Origin: Fimbriimonadaceae bacterium
GTDB lineage: Bacteria; Armatimonadota; Fimbriimonadia; Fimbriimonadales; Fimbriimonadaceae
Reading direction: 5' to 3'
Length of the DNA: 64,000 nucleotides
Assembly: GCA_023957775.1 (NCBI GenBank)
Contig: JAMLGR010000004.1
Location: 188,930-252,929, forward strand
Made by a program: the position numbers and the translations under genes
Shown here: piece by piece, positions 18,296 to 28,800 of the stretch
Position numbering within the stretch: the first letter of the stretch is position 1
Layout: each line of letters begins with the position of its first letter
Notes under the pieces: generated by a model
What the model was told of the DNA's origin: nothing
Seen by the model: the letters and a program-made list of their open reading frames with translations, nothing else
Databases searched by the model: none

Positions 18296-20707
18296 TTAGA
18301 GCGAAATCTCCTGAAAACCGGCAAGCGACCTCAGCTCGACCAGCGACGGCTTGCGTGGGCAACGGATCCGGAGGGTCTCGCCGGCAGGGCAAAGCGCCGG
18401 GCAGCCGTCCAAGAGCGGGACGGGCCTCACGTTGAGCGCGTCCGAAGGATCGCTCATGACGAGATCGTACGCCAGCCCCTCGACCTCCACGGCCAACTCC
18501 TGATCCGACCAACTCACCCGGTAGCGAGGCGGGGTCCAACGCATCTCCTTCGGCTCGGCCAGGGTCCGAAACGTGCGCGACTCGGGCTCGCCCTCGATCC
18601 ACGCGCAGACGATCGTGCGGTCGGCCTCGAGCGCGCCGAGGTCCAAGGTGATCGCCGCCACGCGCGTGCCGGGGGCTAGCTCGAGATGGGCCTCCGTGGC
18701 GGCCAGGGGCCGCCCGTCCAAGGTGTCCATCGCGGCCGCGGCCACGGTCATCCGGCGCGGCGCAGACCCGTCGTGGGCCACCCGGACCCGGGCCCATCCC
18801 TCGTCCACGCGCAGGCACACGATCGTCGGCGCATAGAGGCGGCTCAGTTCGAAGCCCGCGGGTTTGACGATCCCCATGAAATCGCGCACGGCCCAGCTTT
18901 GGACGGGCCAGCAATCGTTGAGCTGCCAAATCAGCGAACCCTTGCACGCGTCGTGGGAGCGGTAGTGCTCGATGGCGCACCGTAGGGCGTCGCGCTGGTT
19001 GAGCTGGCTGAAGTACACCCACTCCTCGAGCGACTTCGCCTCGGGATAGTGAAGCTGGACGAGGTCGCGGAACGTCTCCCACGCCTTGCCCGTCTTGTCG
19101 TGCCAACGGACGGTGGCCGACTCGTGGTGCCACTGCGTGGGTTCGGGCACCACCTCTCGCCATTGGGCCAACGAGCACGAGGACGCGAAGCCGAACTCGC
19201 TGCTGAACCGGGCGTCGGACTCGCGGTAGTGCACCCAATCCCCGCGGCCGTGCCACACGTCCCAGTAGTGCTGATCGCCGTAGCCGCCTGCGTTGCAGTC
19301 GTTCTGGCCGGGTGGCGACCCGGTCGGGCTCGTCGGGATGTAGGGGCGGTCCGGATCCAACTCCGCCAGCCGTTCGGGCAGGACCTCCTCGTAGAGCGCG
19401 AGCCCATGATCGCGTGGCGGGCTCTTCTCGCCTCCCCAACGCCCTTCGACCATCGTCTGGTTCTCGTTGTTGCCGCACCAGATCGCAAGGCTCGTATGGC
19501 TGCGCAGGCGGCGGATCGAGGCCCCTGCTTCCACACGGAGCGCCTCTCGGGCCCCCTCGTCGTCCGGGTAGTGGCTGCATGCGAAGGGGAAGTCCTGCCA
19601 CACGAGGATTCCGTTGAATGTGCACGCTTCGTAGAAGGCGTCGCTCTCGTACAGTCCGCCTCCCCACACCCGCAGCAGGTTGAAGTTCAACGCCGCGCAC
19701 TGGTCGATCAGGAGCGCGGTCTGACGGTCCGATTCCTGCGAGGGAAAGGCGTGCTGCGGGATCCAGTTGGCGCCGCGCGCCCAGATGCGCCGCCCGTTGA
19801 CCTCGATCTCGAAGGATTCGCCGAATGGGTCCGGCTCCCGGACGAGGCGAATCGTGCGGAGGCCGACCATGGCGCCGACCCAATCGCCCCCCGGTACCCG
19901 TGCCTCGAGGCTGTAGAAGTGCCGGTCCCCCTCGCCGTTCGGCCACCAGAGTCGGGGCGAGGCCACGACGTCGTCCCATTCCCCCCGGGTTTTCGTACCC
20001 TCGAAGCGGGTTTCCAACGTCCCCGGGCCCTCCACCACCGATTCGGTCCAGACCCGGAAGCGCCCGTCGCCGAGGGCCTGTTGTCGCACCGAGAACGAGA
20101 CGAGCCGAGAGTCGAACTCCAGCAGGGACACCGGTTTCCAGATGCCGCAGGAAACGAGGCGGGGACCCCAATCCCAGCCCGACGCGCACTGCATCTTCCG
20201 CACGAACGCGCGCTCGTCGAAGATGGCGGTGTCGAGGGGCAAACCCTCCCTTTCAAAGTACGCGGCACGCCGCTCGGCTCCGACGCGCACGGCCGACGCG
20301 AACCGCACCTCCAGCGCGTTGCTCCCCTCGCGGAGCCGTTCGCTCACATCGATTTCGAGCGGCACGAACATGTTGTCGTGCCGCCCGATCTCCTCGTCGT
20401 TGAGCACGATCGTGCACACCGTGTCGAGCCCCTCGAAGCGCAGCACCCGTCGCGAACCGCGTTCGCGGGGCATCCACTCGAACTCGAGGCGGTACGTCCA
20501 ATCCTCCTCGTCCACCCACTGGCAGCCGCTTTCGTGCTGGGCCGTGAAGGGGTCGGCGATCACGCCGTTTCGTGCGAGGTCGAGGTGGACGTGGCCCGGA
20601 ACGATCGCCGGCCGCCAAAGGTCTTTCGGGGCGTGCGGGCGCCAATAGCCCGGTCCCGATGATTCGCGGCGAAAGCGCCAACCGTGGTCGAGCGCGGTGG
20701 TGTGCAC
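18296..20707 (-). CDS. glycoside hydrolase family 2 beta-mannosidase-like
   Basis: 803 aa. N-terminal WRF...GxW...VPG motifs typical of GH2 beta-mannosidases. TIM-barrel region with catalytic acid/nucleophile context (WCGNNE, SEFGF). Confidence 0.8.
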   Translation of the reverse strand: MHTTALDHGWRFRRESSGPGYWRPHAPKDLWRPAIVPGHVHLDLARNGVIADPFTAQHESGCQWVDEEDWTYRLEFEWMPRERGSRRVLRFEGLDTVCTIVLNDEEIGRHDNMFVPLEIDVSERLREGSNALEVRFASAVRVGAERRAAYFEREGLPLDTAIFDERAFVRKMQCASGWDWGPRLVSCGIWKPVSLLEFDSRLVSFSVRQQALGDGRFRVWTESVVEGPGTLETRFEGTKTRGEWDDVVASPRLWWPNGEGDRHFYSLEARVPGGDWVGAMVGLRTIRLVREPDPFGESFEIEVNGRRIWARGANWIPQHAFPSQESDRQTALLIDQCAALNFNLLRVWGGGLYESDAFYEACTFNGILVWQDFPFACSHYPDDEGAREALRVEAGASIRRLRSHTSLAIWCGNNENQTMVEGRWGGEKSPPRDHGLALYEEVLPERLAELDPDRPYIPTSPTGSPPGQNDCNAGGYGDQHYWDVWHGRGDWVHYRESDARFSSEFGFASSCSLAQWREVVPEPTQWHHESATVRWHDKTGKAWETFRDLVQLHYPEAKSLEEWVYFSQLNQRDALRCAIEHYRSHDACKGSLIWQLNDCWPVQSWAVRDFMGIVKPAGFELSRLYAPTIVCLRVDEGWARVRVAHDGSAPRRMTVAAAAMDTLDGRPLAATEAHLELAPGTRVAAITLDLGALEADRTIVCAWIEGEPESRTFRTLAEPKEMRWTPPRYRVSWSDQELAVEVEGLAYDLVMSDPSDALNVRPVPLLDGCPALCPAGETLRIRCPRKPSLVELRSLAGFQEISL

Positions 20708-20729
20708 GTGCCGCAGTAAACCCGAGCGG

Positions 20730-20963
20730 CTAGTCGGACTTCTTCACCCACTCGCCTCCCTTCTTCTCGTACTTCTCCTTCACGGCCGACCACGCGACCT
20801 TGAAGGCGACCTCTTCGGGATCGTCGTCCTTGTTGCGACGCTCGTCGGGGTCGCTGTACTCCTTCACCGCGCTGTTGAACGCCTCCTTGAAGATCTCCTG
20901 CGCGTGTTTGGGGAGGTTCTCCCTCACGCGGTCCGGCAACTCCTGAATGCTGCTGTATGGCAT
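20730..20963 (-). CDS. chaB: ChaB-family protein (cation transport regulator ChaB homolog)
   Basis: MPYSSIQELPDRVRENLPKHAQEIFKEAFNSA...KVAWSAVKEKYEK closely matches the E. coli ChaB pattern. Start at the MPY Met inside ORF 20730..21143. Confidence 0.8.
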   Translation of the reverse strand: MPYSSIQELPDRVRENLPKHAQEIFKEAFNSAVKEYSDPDERRNKDDDPEEVAFKVAWSAVKEKYEKKGGEWVKKSD

Positions 20964-21132
20964 GGTCATCGTCTCCTTGGGCGGGGTCGTCTGCCGCGTT
21001 GCCCACCCCCTCTCCCGACGCGCTTCGGGAGGTCTCGGTCCCCCCTCTAGCGCCTTTCCTACGCGCCTGCCGGCGGCGAACTGGGCGCAGGTTGGCGAAG
21101 GGAAGGGGGGATCGCGCATAATCCGAGGTGGC

Positions 21133-22947
21133 ATGCAACCCACGGACGTTGGGAATCCGGAGTATTACCATCGCGTCGTCGATTGCCAATGGGCGTGTCC
21201 GGCGCACACCAACGTTCCGGAGTACATCCGCCTGATCGCCCAAGGGCGTTTCGACGATGCGTACATCGTCAACCGCGAGTCCAACGTCTTCCCGGGAATC
21301 CTCGGCCGGACGTGCGACCGCCCGTGCGAACCCGCGTGCCGGCGCACGCGCGTCGACGGCAAACCCGTGGCGATCTGCCGCCTCAAGCGCGTCGCCGCGG
21401 ACAACAAGCAGGACATTCGCGATCGGCTCCCCAAGGCGCCCGAGAAGAAGAACGGCAAGAAGATCGCGCTGATCGGCGCGGGCCCCGCGTCGCTCACTGT
21501 CGCCAACGACCTGATGCCGCTCGGCTACGAAGTGACTCTGTTCGAGGCCGGACCCAAGCCCGGCGGCCTGATGCGGGTCAACATTCCTGCCTTCCGCCTT
21601 CCCGCCGAGGTGCTCGACGAGGAGATCGGTTACATCCTCGACATGGGTGTGGACATTCGCTACAACACGCCGGTCAAGAGCCTCAAGGCGCTCCTGGACT
21701 CGGACGAGTACGACGCGGTGTTCGTCGGCAGCGGTGCCCCGAAAGGCAAGGAACTCGACATTCCGGGCCGCCACGATTCGGACCAAGTGTTCATCGGGAT
21801 CGAATGGCTCGAGTCGATCCACTTCGGCCACGTGGACTCGGTGGGCGAGCGGGTGATCATCATCGGGGTGGGCAACACGGCGATGGACTGCTGCCGCTCG
21901 GCCAAGCGCCTCGGTGCCAAAGACGTCAAGGTCATCGCGCGCAAGACGCGCAAGTACTTCAAAGCCTCGCCCTGGGAGCTGGAGGACGCCGAGGAGGAGC
22001 ACGTCGAGATCCTCGAGAACAAGTCGCCGGTCCAGTTCCTGGTCGAGAACGGCACGCTGGTCGGCATGGAGTTCGAGAAGTTCTCGTCGGTCGAACTCGA
22101 CGGCAAACTGGTGCAGGAGCCCCTCGGCCACGTGGAAATCCCTTGCGACACGGTGATCCTCGCGATCGGCCAGGAGAACGCCTTCCCGTGGATCGAGCGC
22201 GACATCGGCCTCGAGTTCAACAAGTGGGATATGCCCGTGGTCGATGAGACCACCCACATGTCCACGCGCGCCGGGGTCTTCTTCGGCGGCGACGCGGCGT
22301 TCGGCCCGAAGAACATCATCTGGGCCGTCGAGCATGGACACCAGGCCGCGATCTCGATCCACCAGTACTGCTCGGGACGCGCGGTCACGGAGCGCCCTCC
22401 GCACGGCAGCACGCTCGCAAGCACGAAGATGGGCTTGCACGAGTGGGCTTACAGCAACGACTACGCGCCCGTGATGCGGCAGAAGATGACGCACGTGTCG
22501 ATGCCGCAGCGCTTCTCCAACATGACCATCGAGGTCGAAGAGGGGTTCACGCCGGAGCAGACCCGCGCCGAGGTGCAGCGTTGCCTCAACTGCGACGTCG
22601 AGACGCACTTCACCGCCTCCCTCTGCATCGAGTGCGACGCGTGCATCGACATCTGCCCGACCGACTGCCTCACCATCACGGAGAATGCGGACGAGATGGA
22701 CCTTCGCGCGAAGCTGACCGCTCCCGCCGAGGTCCTCGAACAGGCGCTCTACGTCTCGAAGGACCTGAAGCAGACCGGCCGCGTGATGGTCAAGGACGAG
22801 AACCTCTGCCTTCACTGCGGCCTTTGTGCCGAGCGCTGTCCCACCTACGCTTGGGACATGCGCAAGTTCGTCCTCCACCTCCCGTATGCGGGCCGTCCCG
22901 TTCCCGAGAGCACTCTTCGCGTTGTGGAGCCTGCGCCCGTTTCATGA
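21133..22947 (+). CDS. GltD/NfnB-type NAD(P)H flavoprotein with C-terminal 2x[4Fe-4S] ferredoxin domain; putative KorC-like third subunit of 2-oxoglutarate oxidoreductase
   Basis: N-terminal Cys cluster (VDCQWACPAH). Two dinucleotide folds (KIALIGAGPASL; VIIIGVGNTAMD). C-terminal CxxCxxCxxxCP motifs (CIECDACIDICP; CLHCGLCAERCP). Start at MQPTDVGNPEYY inside ORF 20947... Stop overlaps the korA start (ATGA). Confidence 0.7.
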   Translation: MQPTDVGNPEYYHRVVDCQWACPAHTNVPEYIRLIAQGRFDDAYIVNRESNVFPGILGRTCDRPCEPACRRTRVDGKPVAICRLKRVAADNKQDIRDRLPKAPEKKNGKKIALIGAGPASLTVANDLMPLGYEVTLFEAGPKPGGLMRVNIPAFRLPAEVLDEEIGYILDMGVDIRYNTPVKSLKALLDSDEYDAVFVGSGAPKGKELDIPGRHDSDQVFIGIEWLESIHFGHVDSVGERVIIIGVGNTAMDCCRSAKRLGAKDVKVIARKTRKYFKASPWELEDAEEEHVEILENKSPVQFLVENGTLVGMEFEKFSSVELDGKLVQEPLGHVEIPCDTVILAIGQENAFPWIERDIGLEFNKWDMPVVDETTHMSTRAGVFFGGDAAFGPKNIIWAVEHGHQAAISIHQYCSGRAVTERPPHGSTLASTKMGLHEWAYSNDYAPVMRQKMTHVSMPQRFSNMTIEVEEGFTPEQTRAEVQRCLNCDVETHFTASLCIECDACIDICPTDCLTITENADEMDLRAKLTAPAEVLEQALYVSKDLKQTGRVMVKDENLCLHCGLCAERCPTYAWDMRKFVLHLPYAGRPVPESTLRVVEPAPVS

Positions 22948-24743
22948 AATCCCGGATCAACGATTTCGCGTTCAAGATCGCCACGGTCAACGGCACTGGC
23001 TCGGCCAGCGCCAACGCCTTGATCATGCAGACCATCTTCCGGATGGGCATTCCGGTCACGGGCAAGAACCTGTTTCCATCGAACATCCAGGGCCTTCCCA
23101 CCTGGTACGAGTTTCGGGTCAGCAAGGACGGCTACACGGCGCGCACCCCGGATTTCGATTTGATGGGCGCCTTCAACAAGGCGACCTTTGACGACGACGT
23201 CGCGGAACTGCGGTCGGGCGGTTATCTGCTGTACGACTCCACCTGGCCGCTGGACGAGAGCAAACTCCGCAACGACGTCGTCTACCTCGGGATTCCTTTC
23301 GCCCGATTGTGCAACGAAGCGTTCGGCGGGGTGCGCGAGCGCATCTTGATGAAGAACATCGCCTACGCGGGGGCGTTGGCAGCCTTGCTGAACCTGGACC
23401 CCGAAATCCTGTCGGAGCTTGCGAAGGAGAAGTTCGGTCGCAAGCCCGCGCTGCTCGAATCGAACCAGCGAGCCATCGAGCTGGGTTTCAACGGCGCCAA
23501 GGAGCGGTTCGCCTGTCCCCTTCCCATCGCGTTGGAGCCGATGGACGAGACCAAAGACTGCATCCTCATCGACGGCAACGCGGCCGCCGCCCTCGGCTGC
23601 CTCTACGCGGGGGCGACGGTGGGCGCCTGGTATCCGATCACCCCGGCCACGTCGCTGATGGAGTCGTTCAACGGGTTCTGTCAGCGCTACCGCAAAGACC
23701 CCGTGACGCAGAAGAACCGGTTCGCGATCCTGCAGGCCGAGGACGAACTGGCCGCGATAGGCATCGTGATTGGGGCCTCCTGGGCGGGTGCGCGCTCCTT
23801 CACTCCCACCGCGGGGCCCGGAATCTCGCTGATGAGCGAGTTCCTGGGGCTTGCCTACTACGCAGAGGTGCCGGCGGTGGTGTTCGACGTGCAGCGCACC
23901 GGGCCGTCCACGGGCATGCCGACGCGCACCCAGCAGGGCGACCTGATGCTGTGCGCCTACGCCTCGCACGGCGATACCAAGCACATCTGCCTCTACCCCT
24001 CCGACCCGCGGGAGGCCTTCGAAATGGCCGTCGCGGCCTTCGACCTCGCCGAGCGGTACCAGACGCCGGTGATGGTGCTCACCGACCTCGACATCGGGAT
24101 GAACGACTGGATGGTGCCGAAGCTCAAGTGGGACGACACGTACCGGCCCGACCGAGGCAAGGTGCTCTCGCCCGAGCAGCTCGACGCCATCGCGAAGTTC
24201 TCCCGCTACCTCGACGTCGACGGGGACGGCATTCCTTATCGGACCCTTCCCGGCCAGCACCCGAAGGGCGCCTACTTCACACGCGGTTCGGGACACAACA
24301 AGCACGGGCTCTACACGGAGGACGGCGACGAGTATCAGGAGGTCCTCGATCGCTTGGCGACCAAGATCCAAGGTGCCGCGAAAGCCGTGCCCGCCCCCGT
24401 GATGGCCAAGCAGGACGGGGCGAAGATGGGCATCGTGACCGTGGGTGGATGCCACGCCGCCTGCGTCGAAGCGAGGGATCAGCTTGCCGCCGAGGGCATT
24501 GCCTCGGACTACATGCGCGTGCGCGGCTTTCCCTTCGGGGACGAGGTGCGCGAGTTCCTGGAGGCCCACGAGACGAACTTCGTGGTCGAGCAGAACCGCG
24601 ACGGGCAGCTTCGAAGCCTGCTCGCTCTGGAAACCGGGGTGTGCTGCGAGCGGCTTGACTCCGTGCGCTACTACGCGGGCTATCCGATGAGCGCCCACCA
24701 CGTGGTGGAGGGGATCAAGAGCCAGATCCGGAGGACCGCATGA
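22944..24743 (+). CDS. korA: 2-oxoglutarate:ferredoxin oxidoreductase subunit alpha
   Basis: Starts MKSRINDFAFKIATVNGTGSASANALI, a typical KorA N-terminus, with OFOR alpha-domain pattern throughout. The upstream 167 codons of ORF 22443.. are Arg-rich junk. Confidence 0.85.
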   Translation: MKSRINDFAFKIATVNGTGSASANALIMQTIFRMGIPVTGKNLFPSNIQGLPTWYEFRVSKDGYTARTPDFDLMGAFNKATFDDDVAELRSGGYLLYDSTWPLDESKLRNDVVYLGIPFARLCNEAFGGVRERILMKNIAYAGALAALLNLDPEILSELAKEKFGRKPALLESNQRAIELGFNGAKERFACPLPIALEPMDETKDCILIDGNAAAALGCLYAGATVGAWYPITPATSLMESFNGFCQRYRKDPVTQKNRFAILQAEDELAAIGIVIGASWAGARSFTPTAGPGISLMSEFLGLAYYAEVPAVVFDVQRTGPSTGMPTRTQQGDLMLCAYASHGDTKHICLYPSDPREAFEMAVAAFDLAERYQTPVMVLTDLDIGMNDWMVPKLKWDDTYRPDRGKVLSPEQLDAIAKFSRYLDVDGDGIPYRTLPGQHPKGAYFTRGSGHNKHGLYTEDGDEYQEVLDRLATKIQGAAKAVPAPVMAKQDGAKMGIVTVGGCHAACVEARDQLAAEGIASDYMRVRGFPFGDEVREFLEAHETNFVVEQNRDGQLRSLLALETGVCCERLDSVRYYAGYPMSAHHVVEGIKSQIRRTA

Positions 24744-25795
24744 GCTACATCACGAAACCCAAAGTCCACCACCCTTCGCTCAAGCGCAATGCGATCGGGC
24801 TGACCCGCCGCGACTACGAAGGCTCGCTCACCACGCTCTGTGCGGGGTGCGGCCACGACTCGATCACCGCGGCGATCATCCAAGCCTTTTGGGAATTGGA
24901 CGTCGAGCCGCACAAGGTCGCGAAGATGTCGGGCATCGGCTGCTCGTCCAAAACGCCGGCTTACTTCCTCAGGGAGGCGCACGGGTTCAACAGCGTGCAC
25001 GGCCGCATGCCGTCGGTGGCGACGGGCGCCGCGGCGGCGAACCGCGAGATGATGATGATCGGGATCTCCGGCGACGGGGACTCCCTCTCGATCGGTCTCG
25101 GACAGCTCTGCCACGCGATGCGCCGCAATCCGAACCTGCTCTACGTGTTGGAGAACAACGGCGTGTACGGCCTGACGAAGGGCCAGTTCTCCGCATCGGC
25201 CGACCCGGGTTCCACCAGCAAGCGCGGCGAGCCCAACACCATGGCCTCGATCGACAGCGTGTTGTTGGCCCTGAACCTCGGCGCCACGTTCGTCGCGCGC
25301 AGCTTCTCGGGTGACAAGGAGCAGCTGGTCCCGATCCTCAAGGCGGGACTGGCGCACAAGGGGTTCGCCTTCGTCGATGTGATTTCGCCGTGCGTGACCT
25401 TCAACGACCACGTGGGCTCGACCAAGAGCTATGCGTACACGCGCAAGCACCAGATCGAAGTGGTCCACGCCGACATGATCATTCCGCGCGACGAGATCAC
25501 GGCCCAGTACGCGGCCGGCGAGGTGCACCGCGTCCAGCTCCACGACGACAGTTGGATCATGCTGCGCAAGGTCGAGGACGATTACGATCCCACCGACCGC
25601 GACCGGGCATACGCCCACATCCGAGCCCACCAGCGCGTGGGCGAGGTACCCACGGGGCTGCTCTACGTGGGAACGGACCTCGCGGACATGCACGAGCAGA
25701 TGGGCACCATCCCCGAGGCCCTTACAGACCTGCCCTTCGAGGATCTGTGCCCCGGCGACGCCGCCCTTCAGAAGCTCCAAGAGCGATTTAGATAG
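24740..25795 (+). CDS. korB: 2-oxoglutarate:ferredoxin oxidoreductase subunit beta (TPP-binding)
   Basis: TPP motif GISGDGDSLSIGLGQL. Cys residues CAGCGHD/GIGCSSK. ATGA overlap with korA. Confidence 0.85.
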   Translation: MSYITKPKVHHPSLKRNAIGLTRRDYEGSLTTLCAGCGHDSITAAIIQAFWELDVEPHKVAKMSGIGCSSKTPAYFLREAHGFNSVHGRMPSVATGAAAANREMMMIGISGDGDSLSIGLGQLCHAMRRNPNLLYVLENNGVYGLTKGQFSASADPGSTSKRGEPNTMASIDSVLLALNLGATFVARSFSGDKEQLVPILKAGLAHKGFAFVDVISPCVTFNDHVGSTKSYAYTRKHQIEVVHADMIIPRDEITAQYAAGEVHRVQLHDDSWIMLRKVEDDYDPTDRDRAYAHIRAHQRVGEVPTGLLYVGTDLADMHEQMGTIPEALTDLPFEDLCPGDAALQKLQERFR

Positions 25796-25882
25796 TCGTC
25801 TATCGTCTATCGTTGATCGTTTGTCGTCGGGGAGGAGATCCGGCGACAAACGACAAACGATAGACGATGAACGAATGACGAC
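25795..25882. repeat. long imperfect hairpin (CGACAAACGAC-type element), relatively AT-rich, between korB and the giant hydrolase gene
   Basis: Left arm GTCGTCTATCGTCTATCGTTGATCGTTTGTCGTCGG. Loop ggaggagat. Right arm CCGGCGACAAACGACAAACGATAGACGATGAACGAATGACGAC. A related element lies at 60791-60864. Confidence 0.6.
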
Positions 25883-25896
25883 GCCGGAGGACGACC

Positions 25897-28800
25897 ATGG
25901 TATTGCTTCTCGCGCTTCTTGCTTCCGCTGCGGCTTCGACGCCGCTTGAGTTCGCAAAACAGGAGATCGCGGCCGCTGCCGGCTCGCGGGCGGGCGAGGT
26001 CGAACTGGCGGTGCGATCCTCGTTGGGTGCCGAGAGCTACACCATCGCTCCGCGCGGGGGCAAAGTGCGTATCGAGGGAGGCGATCCTGTGGGGGTCATG
26101 TACGGGGCGTTCGAGTTCGCCGAGCGGGTGAAAAACGACCCTGCAGGGGCATGGAGCGCCAAGGCGCAGGGCAAGCCGTACCTTCCCGAGCGGGGGCTGA
26201 ACCTCTTCCTCACACTTCCTTGGAACTACGCCAAGAACGACACCGAGTACGACCCGGCGGCCTTGGTGGATCCCAAGCGCTGGTGGTTCCAGAACGACGC
26301 GTACTGGACGTCCCTGCTCGACCTCATGGCCCACAGCCGCCTGAACTGGCTCGACATTCATGGCACGTGGGACATCAGCGTGACCGACGCGCCCAACCTC
26401 TACGCGTACTTCGTCACGGCCCCTTCGTTCCCCAAGGTCGGGGTGAGCCCGGAGATCAAGGCCGCCAACCTCGCGCAGCTCAACCACGTGATCGACATGG
26501 CGCACGCGCGGGGCATTCGCGTGAGCCTCATGGCGTATCAGGCCAGCCTCAGGATCCCCCAGAACCCGAACCCGCCATACGAGGGGACCGAGGAGAACGT
26601 CTACGCCTACACGCGCGAAGCCGTCGAGCAGATGATCCGCAACGCTCCGGGACTCGACTCGATCGGATTCCGGATCGGCGAGAGCGGGCACGGCGGGTCG
26701 TTCTTCACGTGCTACGGCGAGGCGGTCAAGAACTCGGGGCGGGACATCCCGCTGATCACGCGCAGTTGGGTCACGCGGCGCCAAAGCGTGCTGCCTCTGG
26801 CGCGCGCGTCGAAGGACTTCACCGTCGAGATCAAGTACAACGGCGAACACTGGGGCGCGCCGTACATGGTGGCCGGCGGCCGCGTGGCCAACTGGTACAG
26901 CTACTCCTTCGAGGACTACCTCAGCGACCCCGGCAAGCCCGAAACAAACGCCAAAACATGGCCAGGCTGGCCCGCCGAAGCCCCCGCCGAAGGCAGGTGG
27001 CCGAGCGAACCGTACAAGATCGTGTGGCAGGTGCGCGCGAACGGAACGCACCGCATCTTCCCCTTCTACAACCCCGAGTGGGTGCGCCGCTCGATCCTCT
27101 CGATGAAGATGGGCACGGCCTCGGGATACACGATCGAGGGTGAGGACGCCTATTTCCCGAAGCAGCCCGACTACTACATGGCCGACCCCTCGAAGAAGGG
27201 GTACGAGTGGATCCACCAGCGCGACGCGATGTACTGGACCACCTGGGGCCGCCTGGGCTATGACCCGACCGTGAAGGACGAGGTGTTCGACGCCGAGACC
27301 GCTCGGATGTTGGGCAAGGGGAGCGAGGCGCTCGTTCAGGCTTGGAAAGAGGCGAGCACCCTGTTGCCGTTGGCGTTCATGGCGTACGCGCTGGGGCCCG
27401 ACCACCGCAGCCACGCGCCGGAGCTGGAATGGGGTGGCGACACGCCCACGTTCATCCAGGGACAAGGGTTCGACACCCACTCGTTCCTTCCCATCAACGA
27501 GGAGTTGGCCAACGCGGCCACCGGAGGGTTGGACGGACGCATCGGCTCGTTTGCCACGTCCGAACTGCTGCGATTGCGCGCCAAGCGGGTTCGAGCAACG
27601 CTTGACCAGATCGCGGTTCCGGGCGGGCGCGGCCCCGAGATCGCCAACGCCTCGCGCCTGATGTCGGACCTTGCGGAGTACTACGCCCAGCGGCTACTTG
27701 CCGCCTGGTCGATGGCGAAGGTGGAATCTGTCTCCGGAGTGGCCCAGCGGTCTTCGGGTGATCCCGTGGATACCGACGCGATCCAGTGGGCGGCCGACGC
27801 GTCCCGGCGTCTTGCCGACAACCCGTTCTACAAGCCGTTCACCGATCGGCTTCGGATGCACACGAACACGTTTGCCTGGGCCCAGGAGACGGCCAAGGTC
27901 GCGGCGGAGTCCAAGCGCATTCTGTCGCTTCCCAAGGCTGTGCCTCCGATCTCGACGGAGGACCCGCTCCGTCCGGTTCGGTTTGGCAAGGCGAACCTTG
28001 AGTGGCGTGTGTCGGGTGGCAACATCGTCGTTCGCCTCGATGCACGGGGAAGCGACGCGGCGTGGCTGCTGGAGAAGCCCCTTCCGAGTTCGACGTTCTT
28101 CCACAAGGTCCCGATGCGACGAGTCGGCGACCACTTCGAGGCGACGTTCCCGCGCCAGAAGTGGGGGCACCAGATCGCCGTGGAGATCCGCGACGGCGGG
28201 GCTGTTTGGCGGGAGCCGTCCCCGGCGGAGGCCCGCCCCTACCTTGTCGTGCCCAGCCAACCGGGCCCCACCCCGCCGATCTACAGCGCCGAGGAGGCAA
28301 TGGCGTACCTCAAGCCTGAGGCGCTCGACCCCTCCCAGTACGGCGGGATGCTGCTCGGCACTCGGGCGTGGCGCTTCTTCACGTCGTTCGACAAAGCCAC
28401 GCAGCGCAAGCTGCTCGACCCCATCGAGCGCGGCATGCGTCTCGTGATCCTCCAGCAGGATTTCAACAAGTACAAGCTCGACTGGCTTCCCAAGCCGTTG
28501 AAGTTCGAGGGGGGCAACTGGGGCGTGTTCGACCCGGGAGGCCAACTCGGACTGTCCAAGGTCGAAACCGCCGACATCCTATGGCAGAGGTTCCTGCCGA
28601 GCGACGGGTGGGAGGTGTTCGGCAACGGCGGACTCGCCCGGCTGAAACTCGGCAAGGGAGAGGTGTGGGTCACCAGTGCCCGCCTCATGCAGCGCATGCA
28701 CATCCCGTCGGCCGCGAAGGCGTTCGTGGCGTTGCTCAGTCTGGGCGGGAAGACGAAGCCTACGGTGCTCATCGACAGCAACAGCGAGGGTGCGGACTAC

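Noticed and set aside
20730-21143. Full 137-aa version of the ChaB ORF
   Set aside because: The first 60 codons are Pro/Arg-rich. The ChaB homology begins exactly at the MPY Met. The short form (77 aa) matches the known ChaB size.
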